Positions 1 to 9,932 of a stretch of DNA of 64,000 bases are shown in pieces. Each line of letters begins with the position of its first letter. Positions within the stretch are counted from its first letter, which is position 1. The stretch lies in NCBI GenBank assembly GCA_031414595.1, contig JANNVX010000088.1, positions 128,001 through 192,000 on the forward strand. Reading direction: 5' to 3'. The notes beneath the pieces are model-generated. The model was not told where the DNA came from. It saw nothing but the letters and a program-made list of their open reading frames with translations, and did no database searches. A program made the translations under genes and the position numbers. Source of the DNA: Deinococcales bacterium (GTDB lineage: Bacteria > Deinococcota > Deinococci > Deinococcales > JAAFIG01).

Positions 1-15
1 CGTAGCCTAAACAAG

Positions 16-37
16 CAACGTAGAACCAATGTAGAAT
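16..37 (-). promoter_or_regulatory. 11-bp direct repeat pair, putative SARP/AfsR-type operator
   Basis: CAACGTAGAAC-CAATGTAGAAT tandem, an inverted half copy TCTACGTT at 53-60, and a minus-strand TAGGCT -10-like hexamer just leftward; adjacent to a BTAD regulator gene. Confidence 0.45.
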
Positions 38-121
38 CAAAGTGCATTCCAATCTACGTTAGACTTTTGGCATCGTGATTTTTGAGCAATTCGTTAAAAA
101 ATCTCATGCTAGGATACTCGA

Positions 122-3004
122 GTGATACAGTTTCTAGGGTTTGCGAAGTCTCAAAAAACCACCTTGGTCAACGAGTATGTCACCTATTTCATGACTTTTT
201 TAGCTTCTCGAGAAGGCTGGGTGACTCGAGAAGAATTGGCGCAGTTGCTCTGGGAGGGTGCGGATACGGCTGGACAATTAACGCGCTTACGGCAATTGCT
301 GTACCGCGTTAAATTACTTGGTTTTGCCGAACACCTTGAAGTCAAAAGAAGCCAGTTGCGCTGGAAATCTGATTGCGACCTGCGTATTTTTAAGAAAGCC
401 ATGCTCGAGCGTCAGTGGGAACTGGCGGTCAATACTTATCAAGGTAGTCTGCTCGAGGGAGTTGAAGTCTTTGAGTCACCAGAATTTGGGGCTTGGTTGC
501 AATTTGAACGCGAACACCTGAGTAGCGACTTTTGTCGAGCCACACTTGAATTAGCCGAATTACAACCAAATAACGCTTTGGATTTACTCGAGCAAGCCTA
601 TGATGTCGAGCCTCTGAATCAGACGTTGTTGGCTGCTTTACTGGGTCATGCTGACCTAAATTTTATACGTTTGCAACGAATCTGGAAAAAACATCTTCAG
701 CACTTGACCGAACTTGAATTACAACCTGAAGTTTCGCTTGTAGCCTTGGTCAGTCGCCTAGAATCGGGGTTTGGGTTGCCCGTAGCTGTACCACAACGCC
801 ATTTGCCGCTAACCCAACCCGAACTTCAACCGACCACGACCTTTGTTGGGCGTTTAGCCGAACTCGAGACTTTACAAACTTGGTTTCAGACCAGTCCAAC
901 TCAGAATAAACTCGGGCATTCGCGTTTACTAACCATTGTTGGTCTGGGCGGCACTGGAAAAACCCGTTTGGCTCAGGCGTTTTGCGCTCAGTTAAGTACG
1001 GCTTCAAATCTGGTATTTGTATCGCTTGCCAGCACTGATAGGCTCGAGTTAGTGCCGCAAGCGATTCTTGGGAAATTGCAGCTTTTATCTAAAACCGATG
1101 CCAAAGCCACACTGCTAGAACACCTAAAAACGTATCGGGGTTTGTTGGTACTTGATAACACCGAGCAAATAGAGGGTATACAAGACCTCGTTGCCCAGCT
1201 TTTGGGGTCATGCCCAGAAATGTATATTTTGTGTACGACAAGAGCTATGCTTGGTTTGCAATCAGAAATGGTTTTGCAACTGCAAGGTTTTCCCGCTCCA
1301 GTCATAAACAGTGCCTTTGAATTTCAGGATGCCATGATTTGTTTTGTCTCGGCTGCCCGAAGGCGCAAGCCAGAATTTAGCTTAAACCACGAGGATTACT
1401 CTGTGTTTTTGCGTTTACACCAAGCCGTTGCGGGTTTGCCACTTGGTTTTGAATTGGCTGCCAGTTGGATTTTTGGTTTGAGTCTCGAGGCAATTGTAGA
1501 GATGATTGAAACAGGTCTAATGCAGCTTCAATCAAGCGCCGCCGATGTGCCGCCGCGTCAGCGCAGTTTCAAAGCTGTGTTTGATGGCAGTTGGCGCTTA
1601 TTAAACAGCCAACAACAAAGTGGTTTAGCAGCCGTGTCGGTACTGCGTGGATTATTTGACCTCGAGATGGCACAAAAGGCGATTGGGGTAACATTACCAA
1701 CCCTGATGGCGCTGATTCAAAAGTCGCTCTTAAAACGCGAGGGCAATTTGTTTTACTTGCACGAATTGGTGCGCCAATACGCCGAACAGACCCTAAGTCC
1801 GACACAACGCCAAGAAATTCTGAATGGCTTACTCGAGTACAGTGTCCAGTATTCGCAGTTCTACAAAGTCAATTCAGCCCGTTCACACTATCTGCATTTG
1901 CGTTCATTAACCATCGAACTATACGATAATTTGCGTTTGGCATTGGAATTTGCACTCATTTCTAACCGCTCTAAAGCCATTTGCTTGATGACCGATTTAA
2001 GTGGATTTTGGACGGTTCAAGGCAAATTAAACGAAGCCAAGATTTGGTTCGGACACATCACCGAACACGACCTAAGTCAGGTTGATCTTGATACTCGGCT
2101 TGGTTTCCTGATTCAAAAAACCAACCTACTGGTCAATCTTTGTGGATATGAAGAAAGTCTCGAGCTTTTAGCGCAACTCAAATTCGCCGTTGAGAAATCT
2201 CCAAATAAGGTCTACGCAGCCGAGTATCATTTATGTGCTGGACTTAATTTTTATAGCCGAGCCAAGTTTGAAGATGCACTGCACAATTTAGAGCAAGCTG
2301 AAGAATTGTTTAGAACCACCGACGAAAAACGTCACGGCTATGCTTTGTATTTGCTTGGAACAGTCTGCCAACCTTTGAAGCAATCAGAGCGCGGCAAAGA
2401 ATGTTTACGCTTAGCCATCGAAGAAACAAGAAATTGTGATAGCAATAGTGTTCTAGCCGCAGCCATGAGTATTTTAGCCAATACCTATTTTCAAGAAATC
2501 CAAGATGATGTCGCGCTTTTGACCTATCAGCAATCTTTGGTGATTGCTAAAAAACTCAAAGATGGCAACCGAATCGCTTATATTTTGTCTGGAATTGGAC
2601 AAATTTTCAAAAAACAACAGCGTTATCTCGAGGCGCGTAAACATTTCCAAGAGGCTTTACAATACGCCTACCGAGCCAGACACTCAGCTTATTTTTACAG
2701 GATTTTTTTGTTTCTTGCCGAAGTCGAAATTTATTCAGACTCCACAACTGCCCTACAATATGTTGGGTTTTTTAGGCACAACTACCTGCGTTTAGTGGCG
2801 GTTTTGGGCGATGCAATGCAAAGCACCATCGAGAATTTATATGCCATCAGTGGTTTTTCGCCCTCTCACTGCCAACTTCTCGAGCAGCAAGGTGCTAAAT
2901 TAGGTGCAGACGAAGTGTTTGAAATGGCGATGCAAAACCGTGTTCAAGACACACCTGTACTGCCCCCGCCATTCTCGAGCCACAGCGCATTATCGGTAGT
3001 ATAA
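122..3004 (+). CDS. AfsR/SARP-like regulator: wHTH-BTAD, NB-ARC (STAND) ATPase, C-terminal TPRs
   Basis: N-terminal 'TREELAQLLW...LRQLLYR', BTAD 'YQGSLLEG..EF.AWL..ERE', Walker A GLGGTGKT, Walker B LLVLDN, GLPL motif, HELVRQY, TPR-like C-terminus. Confidence 0.9.
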   Translation: MIQFLGFAKSQKTTLVNEYVTYFMTFLASREGWVTREELAQLLWEGADTAGQLTRLRQLLYRVKLLGFAEHLEVKRSQLRWKSDCDLRIFKKAMLERQWELAVNTYQGSLLEGVEVFESPEFGAWLQFEREHLSSDFCRATLELAELQPNNALDLLEQAYDVEPLNQTLLAALLGHADLNFIRLQRIWKKHLQHLTELELQPEVSLVALVSRLESGFGLPVAVPQRHLPLTQPELQPTTTFVGRLAELETLQTWFQTSPTQNKLGHSRLLTIVGLGGTGKTRLAQAFCAQLSTASNLVFVSLASTDRLELVPQAILGKLQLLSKTDAKATLLEHLKTYRGLLVLDNTEQIEGIQDLVAQLLGSCPEMYILCTTRAMLGLQSEMVLQLQGFPAPVINSAFEFQDAMICFVSAARRRKPEFSLNHEDYSVFLRLHQAVAGLPLGFELAASWIFGLSLEAIVEMIETGLMQLQSSAADVPPRQRSFKAVFDGSWRLLNSQQQSGLAAVSVLRGLFDLEMAQKAIGVTLPTLMALIQKSLLKREGNLFYLHELVRQYAEQTLSPTQRQEILNGLLEYSVQYSQFYKVNSARSHYLHLRSLTIELYDNLRLALEFALISNRSKAICLMTDLSGFWTVQGKLNEAKIWFGHITEHDLSQVDLDTRLGFLIQKTNLLVNLCGYEESLELLAQLKFAVEKSPNKVYAAEYHLCAGLNFYSRAKFEDALHNLEQAEELFRTTDEKRHGYALYLLGTVCQPLKQSERGKECLRLAIEETRNCDSNSVLAAAMSILANTYFQEIQDDVALLTYQQSLVIAKKLKDGNRIAYILSGIGQIFKKQQRYLEARKHFQEALQYAYRARHSAYFYRIFLFLAEVEIYSDSTTALQYVGFFRHNYLRLVAVLGDAMQSTIENLYAISGFSPSHCQLLEQQGAKLGADEVFEMAMQNRVQDTPVLPPPFSSHSALSVV

Positions 3005-3046
3005 GCTATTCAAATGAATCTCAATTTTGGGAATAGGCGGTGAATT

Positions 3047-3319
3047 GTGAGATTTACGGTTCTCGAGGCTTTTGTTGTTGGCGGAAGATACACAGTATTG
3101 ATCGTTAATGCTCTAACTCAGGATTGGCGAGTCAAAATAGGCTCAGCAATGGTGTTTGAACTGGATGGCAAGCAGCGTCGAGTTTCTATTCAAAGTGTTG
3201 ACATCCCTCGTTATTCAGACGGCTCAACTGACAAAATCGGGTTTATAATTTCTGAACGCGAGTTGCAAAAAGCTGAATTGCGTCTCACGGTCGGAGTTAC
3301 CTTGACACTCGAGAATTGA
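3047..3319 (+). CDS. hypothetical small beta-rich protein
   Basis: 90-aa ORF with GTG start after AGGCGG; no recognisable motif. Confidence 0.55.
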   Translation: MRFTVLEAFVVGGRYTVLIVNALTQDWRVKIGSAMVFELDGKQRRVSIQSVDIPRYSDGSTDKIGFIISERELQKAELRLTVGVTLTLEN

Positions 3320-3404
3320 AATTCAAATAAGTAATTGTGCGGTGTCCAATTTTTTTTTGGTATTCTTGAGCCGTGACTTACGCCTTTGATTTTATTTTAT
3401 TACC

Positions 3405-3433
3405 TTGACAGATGTTATTTTTTGAGCTATCAT
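3405..3433 (+). promoter_or_regulatory. sigma70-type promoter
   Basis: TTGACA-17 nt-TATCAT upstream of structured leader and DUF3800 gene. Confidence 0.75.
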
Positions 3434-3440
3434 CTTTTTA

Positions 3441-3496
3441 GACGCTTATCTAAGCTCTAATTCCGAGGCTCGCGTGAAAACGCGGGCTTTCGTGTT
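3441..3496 (+). ncRNA. putative structured leader/ncRNA upstream of DUF3800 gene
   Basis: GAGGCTCGCGT-GAAA-ACGCGGGCTTT hairpin (GNRA loop, G-U pairs) beginning just after the predicted TSS. Confidence 0.5.
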
Positions 3497-3507
3497 ATAT
3501 TTCCTAA

Positions 3508-4251
3508 ATGCACTATGTTGTTTATCTCGATGAATTCGGGCATATTGGACTATTCATCAGCCGACAAGATGCAAAGTACAATACCAGCCCAATTTTTGGA
3601 TTAGGTGGTCTGGTTTTGCCAGTTGAACGAGTCAGAGAATTTGCAACTTGGTTTTATCAACTTAAATGTAAATTACTTGCATTTGAAATACAACGAGATG
3701 GCATTCCAGCTTATCGTTGGGAGAAAAAAGGTTCAGCCTTGTATACACCCCAAAATATCCTGAAGTATCGTGAATTGCGCCAAGCAACCTTTCGTTTACT
3801 CAATAAAATTCGCTCAGAATCTGGAATGGTTTTGTATGTTGGTTTGCAAAAAGAAATTGGTATTGAGCAGCAGGACGCAAAGAAATTGTATCGGGCGGTT
3901 CTTGCCGAAATAATCAAGCGAATGAGCCAGTTCTGCGAACAAAAACAAGCGACGTTTATGGTAATTCTTGACCAACAAGACGGACTAGATTTCCGCGCTC
4001 AAATCGTAGAAGAAGCGTCTTTGCAGATGTTTGCACAAGGGCGAACTCAGATGATAGAACCACCCTTACAAGCCGAAAGCCACTTGTTTCAAACTTTGCA
4101 ATGTGCTGATTGGTTATGTGGCTTAATTGGGCGAGTTGCAGCCTATAAGGTCTTACCAAAAGAATACCCCGAACTAGAACCTATGGAAAAATTCTTTGAT
4201 GAACGTCTAAGACAAGTCTCACCCAGAAGTGGAATACGTCAAGTGAAATAG
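3508..4251 (+). CDS. DUF3800 domain protein (RNase H-like fold)
   Basis: N-terminal 'VYLDEFG', C-terminal 'ES...LQCADWLCG' signature. Confidence 0.85.
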   Translation: MHYVVYLDEFGHIGLFISRQDAKYNTSPIFGLGGLVLPVERVREFATWFYQLKCKLLAFEIQRDGIPAYRWEKKGSALYTPQNILKYRELRQATFRLLNKIRSESGMVLYVGLQKEIGIEQQDAKKLYRAVLAEIIKRMSQFCEQKQATFMVILDQQDGLDFRAQIVEEASLQMFAQGRTQMIEPPLQAESHLFQTLQCADWLCGLIGRVAAYKVLPKEYPELEPMEKFFDERLRQVSPRSGIRQVK

Positions 4252-4276
4252 AAAAATTAGTTTTCTCGAGGTACTT

Positions 4277-5704
4277 ATGATAAAAACCCGTATTGCTCCA
4301 AGTCCAACCGGCGACCCACACGTTGGCACAATTTACCAAGCGCTGTTCAACCGTGTTTTTGCTCATCAGAACGGTGGCAAATTTATTCTGCGAATCGAAG
4401 ACACTGACCGCACCCGTTTTAACCCAGAATCGCAAAAGCGTCTGCTCGAGATGCTTGATTGGGTGGGGCTTCCCGCCGATGAATCACCAACCCTTGGGGG
4501 ACCGGCTGGCAGTTATATTCAAACCGAGCGTGTGGCGAATCATCAAAAATATGCCATGCAGATGCTCAAAGCGGGCAGTGCCTACCGAGCTTTTGATACC
4601 GCGCAGCAACTCGAGGAGCGCCGTAAAATTGCCGAAGCTGCCAAAGCCAGTTACCGTGGTTATGACCGCCGTGACCGTGACCTGACACGCGCCGAATCCG
4701 AGGCTCGAGCCACAAGCGGTGAGCCATTTGTGATTCGTATTAAAGCACCTCTGACTGGCGAAGTGATTGTCCAAGACCGTCTGCGCGGTGCGGTGGTCTT
4801 TAAGGCTTCGGAACTCGACGATAAAGTGCTACTCAAAGCCGATGGAATGCCAACCTATCATTTGGCGGCGATGTCCGATGACCATGACATGGGCGTGACC
4901 CATGTGATTCGCGCCGAGGAATGGCTGACCAGTTCGCCGATTCATAAACTGATTATTGAGGCGATGGGCTGGACTGAACCCGAATGGATTCACACGCCGC
5001 TTTTGCGAAATCCAGATAAATCTAAGCTCTCCAAACGAAAATCAAACACCAGTGTTGAAAGTTACAAAGAAATGGGCATCACCCCAGAAGCCTTGGTCAA
5101 TTACCTTGGGATGATGGCGTTTAGTATGCCCGACGGACGCGAATTGTTTAGTTTTAACGACCTGCTCGAGTCCTTTTCTTGGGAGCGAGTGTCTTTGGGT
5201 GGACCTGTTTTTGATATTGCCAAACTGACATGGCTAAATGGGCGCTACATCCGCGAGATTCTCAGTCTCGAGGACGTGGTGCAAAGAGCCAAACCTTATC
5301 TCGAGCAGGCTGGGTATGACTTGTCGGACACCAAAAAACTCGAGAAAGTAATAGAGGCACTGCGACCAAGGTTTGATATTTTTGCTGATGTACCTGAGAA
5401 AGCCGCCTACTTTTACCAAGACATTGTTTTTGATGACAAAGCCCGTGCCAAACTCGAAGAGGGGAGAGGACACTTGGCGGCACTCTTGCCTCTGCTCGAG
5501 AATGCAGCTTGGACTTGGGATGTTCTCGAGCCAATGATTAAGGGTTATGCTGAGAACGCTGGCGCAAAACTTGGCGCAGTGATGCAGCCAATTCGGGCTG
5601 CCTTAACTGGTAAACTCGAGAGTCCGGGCATGGGCGAACTGCTCGAGGCTTTGGGTAAAGAACTTTGTTTGGCACGAATTAAAACCGCCATAGGAGACTT
5701 ATGA
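4277..5704 (+). CDS. gltX: glutamate--tRNA ligase
   Basis: TRIAPSPTGDPHVG (HIGH), LRIEDTD, KLSKR (KMSKS) motifs. Confidence 0.97.
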   Translation: MIKTRIAPSPTGDPHVGTIYQALFNRVFAHQNGGKFILRIEDTDRTRFNPESQKRLLEMLDWVGLPADESPTLGGPAGSYIQTERVANHQKYAMQMLKAGSAYRAFDTAQQLEERRKIAEAAKASYRGYDRRDRDLTRAESEARATSGEPFVIRIKAPLTGEVIVQDRLRGAVVFKASELDDKVLLKADGMPTYHLAAMSDDHDMGVTHVIRAEEWLTSSPIHKLIIEAMGWTEPEWIHTPLLRNPDKSKLSKRKSNTSVESYKEMGITPEALVNYLGMMAFSMPDGRELFSFNDLLESFSWERVSLGGPVFDIAKLTWLNGRYIREILSLEDVVQRAKPYLEQAGYDLSDTKKLEKVIEALRPRFDIFADVPEKAAYFYQDIVFDDKARAKLEEGRGHLAALLPLLENAAWTWDVLEPMIKGYAENAGAKLGAVMQPIRAALTGKLESPGMGELLEALGKELCLARIKTAIGDL

Positions 5705-6117
5705 TTACCGACCTTGGACACACGGCATTTCGGGTACATGATTTACCAGCTTCGCTCGAGTTTTACGGTAAACTTGGGATTTATGAATCGTTTCGCTTGA
5801 ACCACACCGATGGTTCTCTGATACTGGTGTACCTCCATGTTGGCGGTGATAGATTTATCGAGCTTTTCCCGGGAGGGGAATCCCCCAAAGTGCTGTCGGG
5901 GAGTTTTATGCACCTCTGCTTGGTTTCAGATAACATCCATGAAGATGTTGAGAAATTGCGTTCACAAGGTATAAAAATAACTTCTGAAGTCAGTCTAGGA
6001 CTCGATTATAATTTACAAGCATGGCTGGCAGACCCAGATGGCAACCCGATAGAACTGATGCAGTTATCCGAAGATTCACCACAGCGAAAAATAACTCGGG
6101 AGGCTGCCAAGCAGTAG
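5701..6117 (+). CDS. VOC/glyoxalase family protein
   Basis: HTAFRV..SLEFY, HLCL, DPDGNPIEL motifs; overlaps gltX stop. Confidence 0.88.
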   Translation: MITDLGHTAFRVHDLPASLEFYGKLGIYESFRLNHTDGSLILVYLHVGGDRFIELFPGGESPKVLSGSFMHLCLVSDNIHEDVEKLRSQGIKITSEVSLGLDYNLQAWLADPDGNPIELMQLSEDSPQRKITREAAKQ

Positions 6118-6154
6118 ACAAGAAGACTCGAGAATTGAGCATTTTTTGGAGTTT

Positions 6155-7216
6155 TTAAGCGCCAACTTTCATTCTAAATTCGTGTGGACTGGTGGCAGCC
6201 GAATAACCTGTATTAAAATCTATCAGTCCTTCGCGGTGCAGTTCGGTCAGGTGGTCGTCAAACGGTATCATGCCGCTTTGTTTGCCGTCTTGAAGCGCAT
6301 CTTTGAGTTTGCTCATGCCGTCTTCGTCTTTGATTAAGTCTTTGACATAAAGTGTGCCACGCATGATTTCTACGGCAGCCACCCGTCCTTGACCATCAGC
6401 TTTGGGCAGTAAACGTTGTGATATAACCGCGACGATTGAATCGGCAAAAAGTACCCGTGCAATGCCGCGTTCTTCTTGGGGGAATAATTCGAGAATTCGG
6501 TTGACGGTGCGAATCGTGTCCATGGTGTGCAATGTACTTAAGACCAAATGCCCAGTCTGTGCGGCACTGATGGCGGCTTGGGCGGTGGCAAAGTCACGGA
6601 TTTCACCAATCATGATTACGTCTGGGTCTTGGCGCATGGCAGCCACAAGCGCTTCGGAGAAACTTGGGGCATCGTGTCCGACTTCGCGTTGCACAACAAC
6701 ACTCTGGTGGTTGCTGTGCAGGATTTCGATGGGGTCTTCGATGGTGACAATCATTTCGGCTCGAGTGCGGTTAATGTGGTCTAAAATTGCCGCGAGGGTG
6801 GTGCTTTTGCCACTGCCTGTCGGACCTGTGACCAGAATAATGCCGCGTTTATGGACAGCCAATTCTGCAATGGTATTAAATGGAAGCTCGACATTGGCGA
6901 GGCGGCTGGTGTCGTTGCTGATAATCCGTAAAACCATGCTGACACTGCCGCGTTGCCTGAACATATTGACCCGAAAACGTGCCACACCGGGGATGCTGTG
7001 GGCAAAATCCACTTGGTTTTTATCCAAGAATTTGGCGCGTTGCTTTTCGTTTAGCATGGTTGTGACCAGACTTTCCATCAGTTGGGCAGTTAAAGCTGTC
7101 GGCATCAATGGTTTCATATGCCCATTGAGTCGCACATGAGGTGGGATGCCTGCGTGTAAATGAATGTCCGAAGCGCCACTTTTTACGCATTGGGTCAGCA
7201 TGTCATCAAAAGTCAT
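6155..7216 (-). CDS. pilT: PilT/PilU family type IV pilus retraction ATPase
   Basis: ASDIHL, GPTGSGKSTT, TIEDPIE, RQDPDVIMIGEIRD, TGHLVLSTLH. Confidence 0.92.
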   Translation of the reverse strand: MTFDDMLTQCVKSGASDIHLHAGIPPHVRLNGHMKPLMPTALTAQLMESLVTTMLNEKQRAKFLDKNQVDFAHSIPGVARFRVNMFRQRGSVSMVLRIISNDTSRLANVELPFNTIAELAVHKRGIILVTGPTGSGKSTTLAAILDHINRTRAEMIVTIEDPIEILHSNHQSVVVQREVGHDAPSFSEALVAAMRQDPDVIMIGEIRDFATAQAAISAAQTGHLVLSTLHTMDTIRTVNRILELFPQEERGIARVLFADSIVAVISQRLLPKADGQGRVAAVEIMRGTLYVKDLIKDEDGMSKLKDALQDGKQSGMIPFDDHLTELHREGLIDFNTGYSAATSPHEFRMKVGA

Positions 7217-7298
7217 GGTTTAGTGTACCTAAAAAAACGACGCAAGACTCACAGTAGAGGAGACTTTTAGTCTCGAGTCTAGGAAGATACTCGAGCAA

Positions 7299-8348
7299 CT
7301 ATGAACGGATGTACTCGAGTAGCAACTTAGAAGTCTCGAGCAGTGCATTGATATGGGTGCGTTCATAGGAATGACTGGCATCGACGCCAGGTCCTATCAG
7401 GGCGCAACGGGCATCGAGTCCGGCGCTCCAAGCGGCACTGGCATCCGAGGTGTAATACGGATAAATGTCTATTTTTAAGTCAACTCCAGCTCGAGTGGCA
7501 GCTTGACGCAAGGCTTGACCAAGATTATGGTCGTATGGTCCGCTCGAGTCTTTGACACAAAGGGTACAGTGCATTTCGCTGCTGGCTTGCCCATCGCCAA
7601 TGGCTGCCATGTCTACGGCAATCACATCGGTCACATCGGTGGCGACTGTGCCAGCCGCACCATGTCCGACTTCTTCGTAATTGGTAATCACGAAATCCAC
7701 TCGAGCAGGTAGTTTCTTTTTTTCACTCAGTAACTCTTTGGTCACAGCCAGTAGAATGGCTACGCCAGCTTTGTTATCTAAGAATCTTGATTTAATATAA
7801 CCACTGTCAAAGACTTCGGTGCGTGGTTGCCAACTGACAAAATCGCCTACGCCGACCCCCAAGGCTCGAGTGTCCGAAGCACCAATTATCGCCCGTCCGT
7901 CGAGGATGGCATCAAGTCGTACTTCTAGGGTTTCGGAACTGCGTTTATTCTCGGACAGCGCCGAACCCCAAACGTGGGTCGATTGACGTACATTGACCAC
8001 TGTGCCAGACAGCACTTGCCCCGATTGGGTATGAACTTGGCAGTATTCGCCTTCGACTGTTCCCCAGTCGTAGCCGCCAAGCATGGACAAACGTAAACGA
8101 CCATTGTATTTGATCTCTTTGACCATTGCGCCCAAGGTGTCCATATGGGCAAGCACGGCTCGAGGGTTGCCTTTGCCAGTTCCAATGCTCCATTTTAATG
8201 CACCTTTATGCGAAAAAATTGGTTTTGCGCCCAAAGCAATCAATTCACGCTCGAGCCAAAGCAGGGCTTCTTGGGTAAAACCCGTCGGTGAAGGAATATC
8301 AAGCAAATCGCGTAACGATTGCAACATTTTTTGGGAGTCGAGCGCCAT
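7299..8348 (-). CDS. M42 family metallopeptidase
   Basis: PSPTG, AHMDTLG, LDNKAG, EEVG, SHSYER; start moved to MALDSQ (TAGAAT just upstream). Confidence 0.9.
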   Translation of the reverse strand: MALDSQKMLQSLRDLLDIPSPTGFTQEALLWLERELIALGAKPIFSHKGALKWSIGTGKGNPRAVLAHMDTLGAMVKEIKYNGRLRLSMLGGYDWGTVEGEYCQVHTQSGQVLSGTVVNVRQSTHVWGSALSENKRSSETLEVRLDAILDGRAIIGASDTRALGVGVGDFVSWQPRTEVFDSGYIKSRFLDNKAGVAILLAVTKELLSEKKKLPARVDFVITNYEEVGHGAAGTVATDVTDVIAVDMAAIGDGQASSEMHCTLCVKDSSGPYDHNLGQALRQAATRAGVDLKIDIYPYYTSDASAAWSAGLDARCALIGPGVDASHSYERTHINALLETSKLLLEYIRS

Positions 8349-8409
8349 TTGTTTTATTCTACAAAATTTAGGAACAGCAAAACGATTTTTTTGCACATGG
8401 CGGCTATCG

Positions 8410-9372
8410 TCAGGCGGTTGCCTTGTTATAGGTAAGCAAGTCGCTAAGTCTTCGTTGCAAAGCCTGCCAAGCCTCGAGTAATGCCGGTGGTTCATCAACC
8501 TGTACCATACAACCCAAGCCCAATAGCATTGCTGCAAATGCCTCGAGATTACTTCGTTCGCAACGCAACCGTGTCCCACCATTTTCGGCTTGAATTTGAG
8601 TCCCCCAACTCGAGATTCGTCTGCCTAGAATATCGGGTGGATACTCGAGCCAGACAGAGATTTGATGGTTTTTTGGTGTATCGAACATCGTCTGTTGTAA
8701 GAGTGCAATCGCATCAATTGGAGCTTTTGGCGTAAATGTAGTCTCGAGCAATTCAAGGTCTTTAATGCGGTCAAGTCGAAAAATACGGGTATCCTGGCGC
8801 AATTCGCACCAACCAAAGGCGTACCATCGTCCGTTCCAATGCAAGACCTGCGAAATCTGCACACGGCGCAAAGAAGGTTCGTTCTTGCTGCTGTACGAAA
8901 GTTGCACCACCCGATTTTGCCGAGCCGCTTGTAACAAGGTTCTGAGGATTGCTACGTCGGTATTGACCACCCACGGGGCAGCATCCATCTGCAATGATTG
9001 CTCGAGGGTTTGGATTTGTTCACGGATGCTGTCCGGTAAAACCCGTTGTAATTTGGCATGAACAGTTTGCGCCGCAGGGGTTAAATTTTCTAAGCCAAGA
9101 CGTTGAAGTGCCTGTAAACCCAATGCCACGGCAAAGGCTTCCTCGCTCGAGAACATCATCGGAGGAAGCCTAAATCCAGCTTTTAAGCGGTACGAACCAC
9201 CCACACCACGCAGCCCTTGGACTGGAATCCCCAAATCTTGTAAACGCAGAATATAGCGCTGCACACTGCGCGGGCTGACCTCGAGCCGCCGCGCCAATTC
9301 TACCCCAGAGATGCTTTCATAGGATTGTAAAAGCTCGAGTACCGCCAATACCCGCATCGAAGGATCGTACAT
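8410..9372 (-). CDS. YafY/DriD-like HTH-WYL-WCX transcriptional regulator
   Basis: ELARRLEVSPRSVQRYI HTH, GVGGSYRL, WYAFGWCELRQDTRIFRLDRI WYL motif. Confidence 0.92.
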   Translation of the reverse strand: MYDPSMRVLAVLELLQSYESISGVELARRLEVSPRSVQRYILRLQDLGIPVQGLRGVGGSYRLKAGFRLPPMMFSSEEAFAVALGLQALQRLGLENLTPAAQTVHAKLQRVLPDSIREQIQTLEQSLQMDAAPWVVNTDVAILRTLLQAARQNRVVQLSYSSKNEPSLRRVQISQVLHWNGRWYAFGWCELRQDTRIFRLDRIKDLELLETTFTPKAPIDAIALLQQTMFDTPKNHQISVWLEYPPDILGRRISSWGTQIQAENGGTRLRCERSNLEAFAAMLLGLGCMVQVDEPPALLEAWQALQRRLSDLLTYNKATA

Positions 9373-9389
9373 GCTGGTAGTATGACTTA

Positions 9390-9416
9390 AAATTACGACA
9401 AGTCCTGACGTAATTT
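9390..9416. promoter_or_regulatory. palindromic operator between WYL regulator and dinB
   Basis: AAATTACGAC-N7-GACGTAATTT imperfect inverted repeat in the divergent intergenic region. Confidence 0.6.
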
Positions 9417-9446
9417 GGCATTATGCTCTGTTTGGAGGTAATACCT

Positions 9447-9932
9447 ATGAATATGTCCACAACCGAACAAGCCTTTTTCTCACCAGAACAATTTCTGTAC
9501 CACTTCCAAGGTCATCGGCAACTGACCCGCAGTACAATAGAAGCCTTTCCAGATGACCAGTTATTCACCTTCAAAGCCGCTTCAAATATGCGACCCTTTG
9601 GCGAGATGGCATGGGAAATGCACCTCACCAGCCAAATGACCTTAAGCGGGTTGCAAAGCGGCGTTTGGAACGAACCAGATTGGAAAAAGCCTGCCGATAA
9701 AACCGTGCTACTCGAGGCATGGGATGAACTGACTGAGCAACTAAACCAGCAATTCACACAAATTCCACTCGAGCAGTTTCAAAAAACCCATGTCCTGCCT
9801 TGGTTTCCAATGACTGGCTTGGTTGCGTTACTGTACAACATAGACAACGAAATCCATCACCGAGGACAAGGTTATGTGTATTTACGGGTCTTGGGGATAG
9901 AACCACCACTGTTTTATCAGCGCCAGATGTAG
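9447..9932 (+). CDS. DinB/YfiT family protein
   Basis: MRPFGEMAW, NEIHHRGQGYVYLRVLGIEPP motif; GGAGG RBS. Confidence 0.9.
   Translation: MNMSTTEQAFFSPEQFLYHFQGHRQLTRSTIEAFPDDQLFTFKAASNMRPFGEMAWEMHLTSQMTLSGLQSGVWNEPDWKKPADKTVLLEAWDELTEQLNQQFTQIPLEQFQKTHVLPWFPMTGLVALLYNIDNEIHHRGQGYVYLRVLGIEPPLFYQRQM

Noticed and set aside
2896-2991. Minus-strand 31-aa ORF (MRCGSRMAG...) after TATACT, overlapping the end of the first SARP-STAND gene, as a second peptide partner
   Set aside because: No hydrophobic signal peptide and no motif resembling the 41244 peptide; likely shadow ORF.
6402-7139. 245-aa antisense ORF over pilT (and similar shadows over clpB, icd, ftsH, pgk)
   Set aside because: Antisense frames of conserved genes with no RBS or domain signal.
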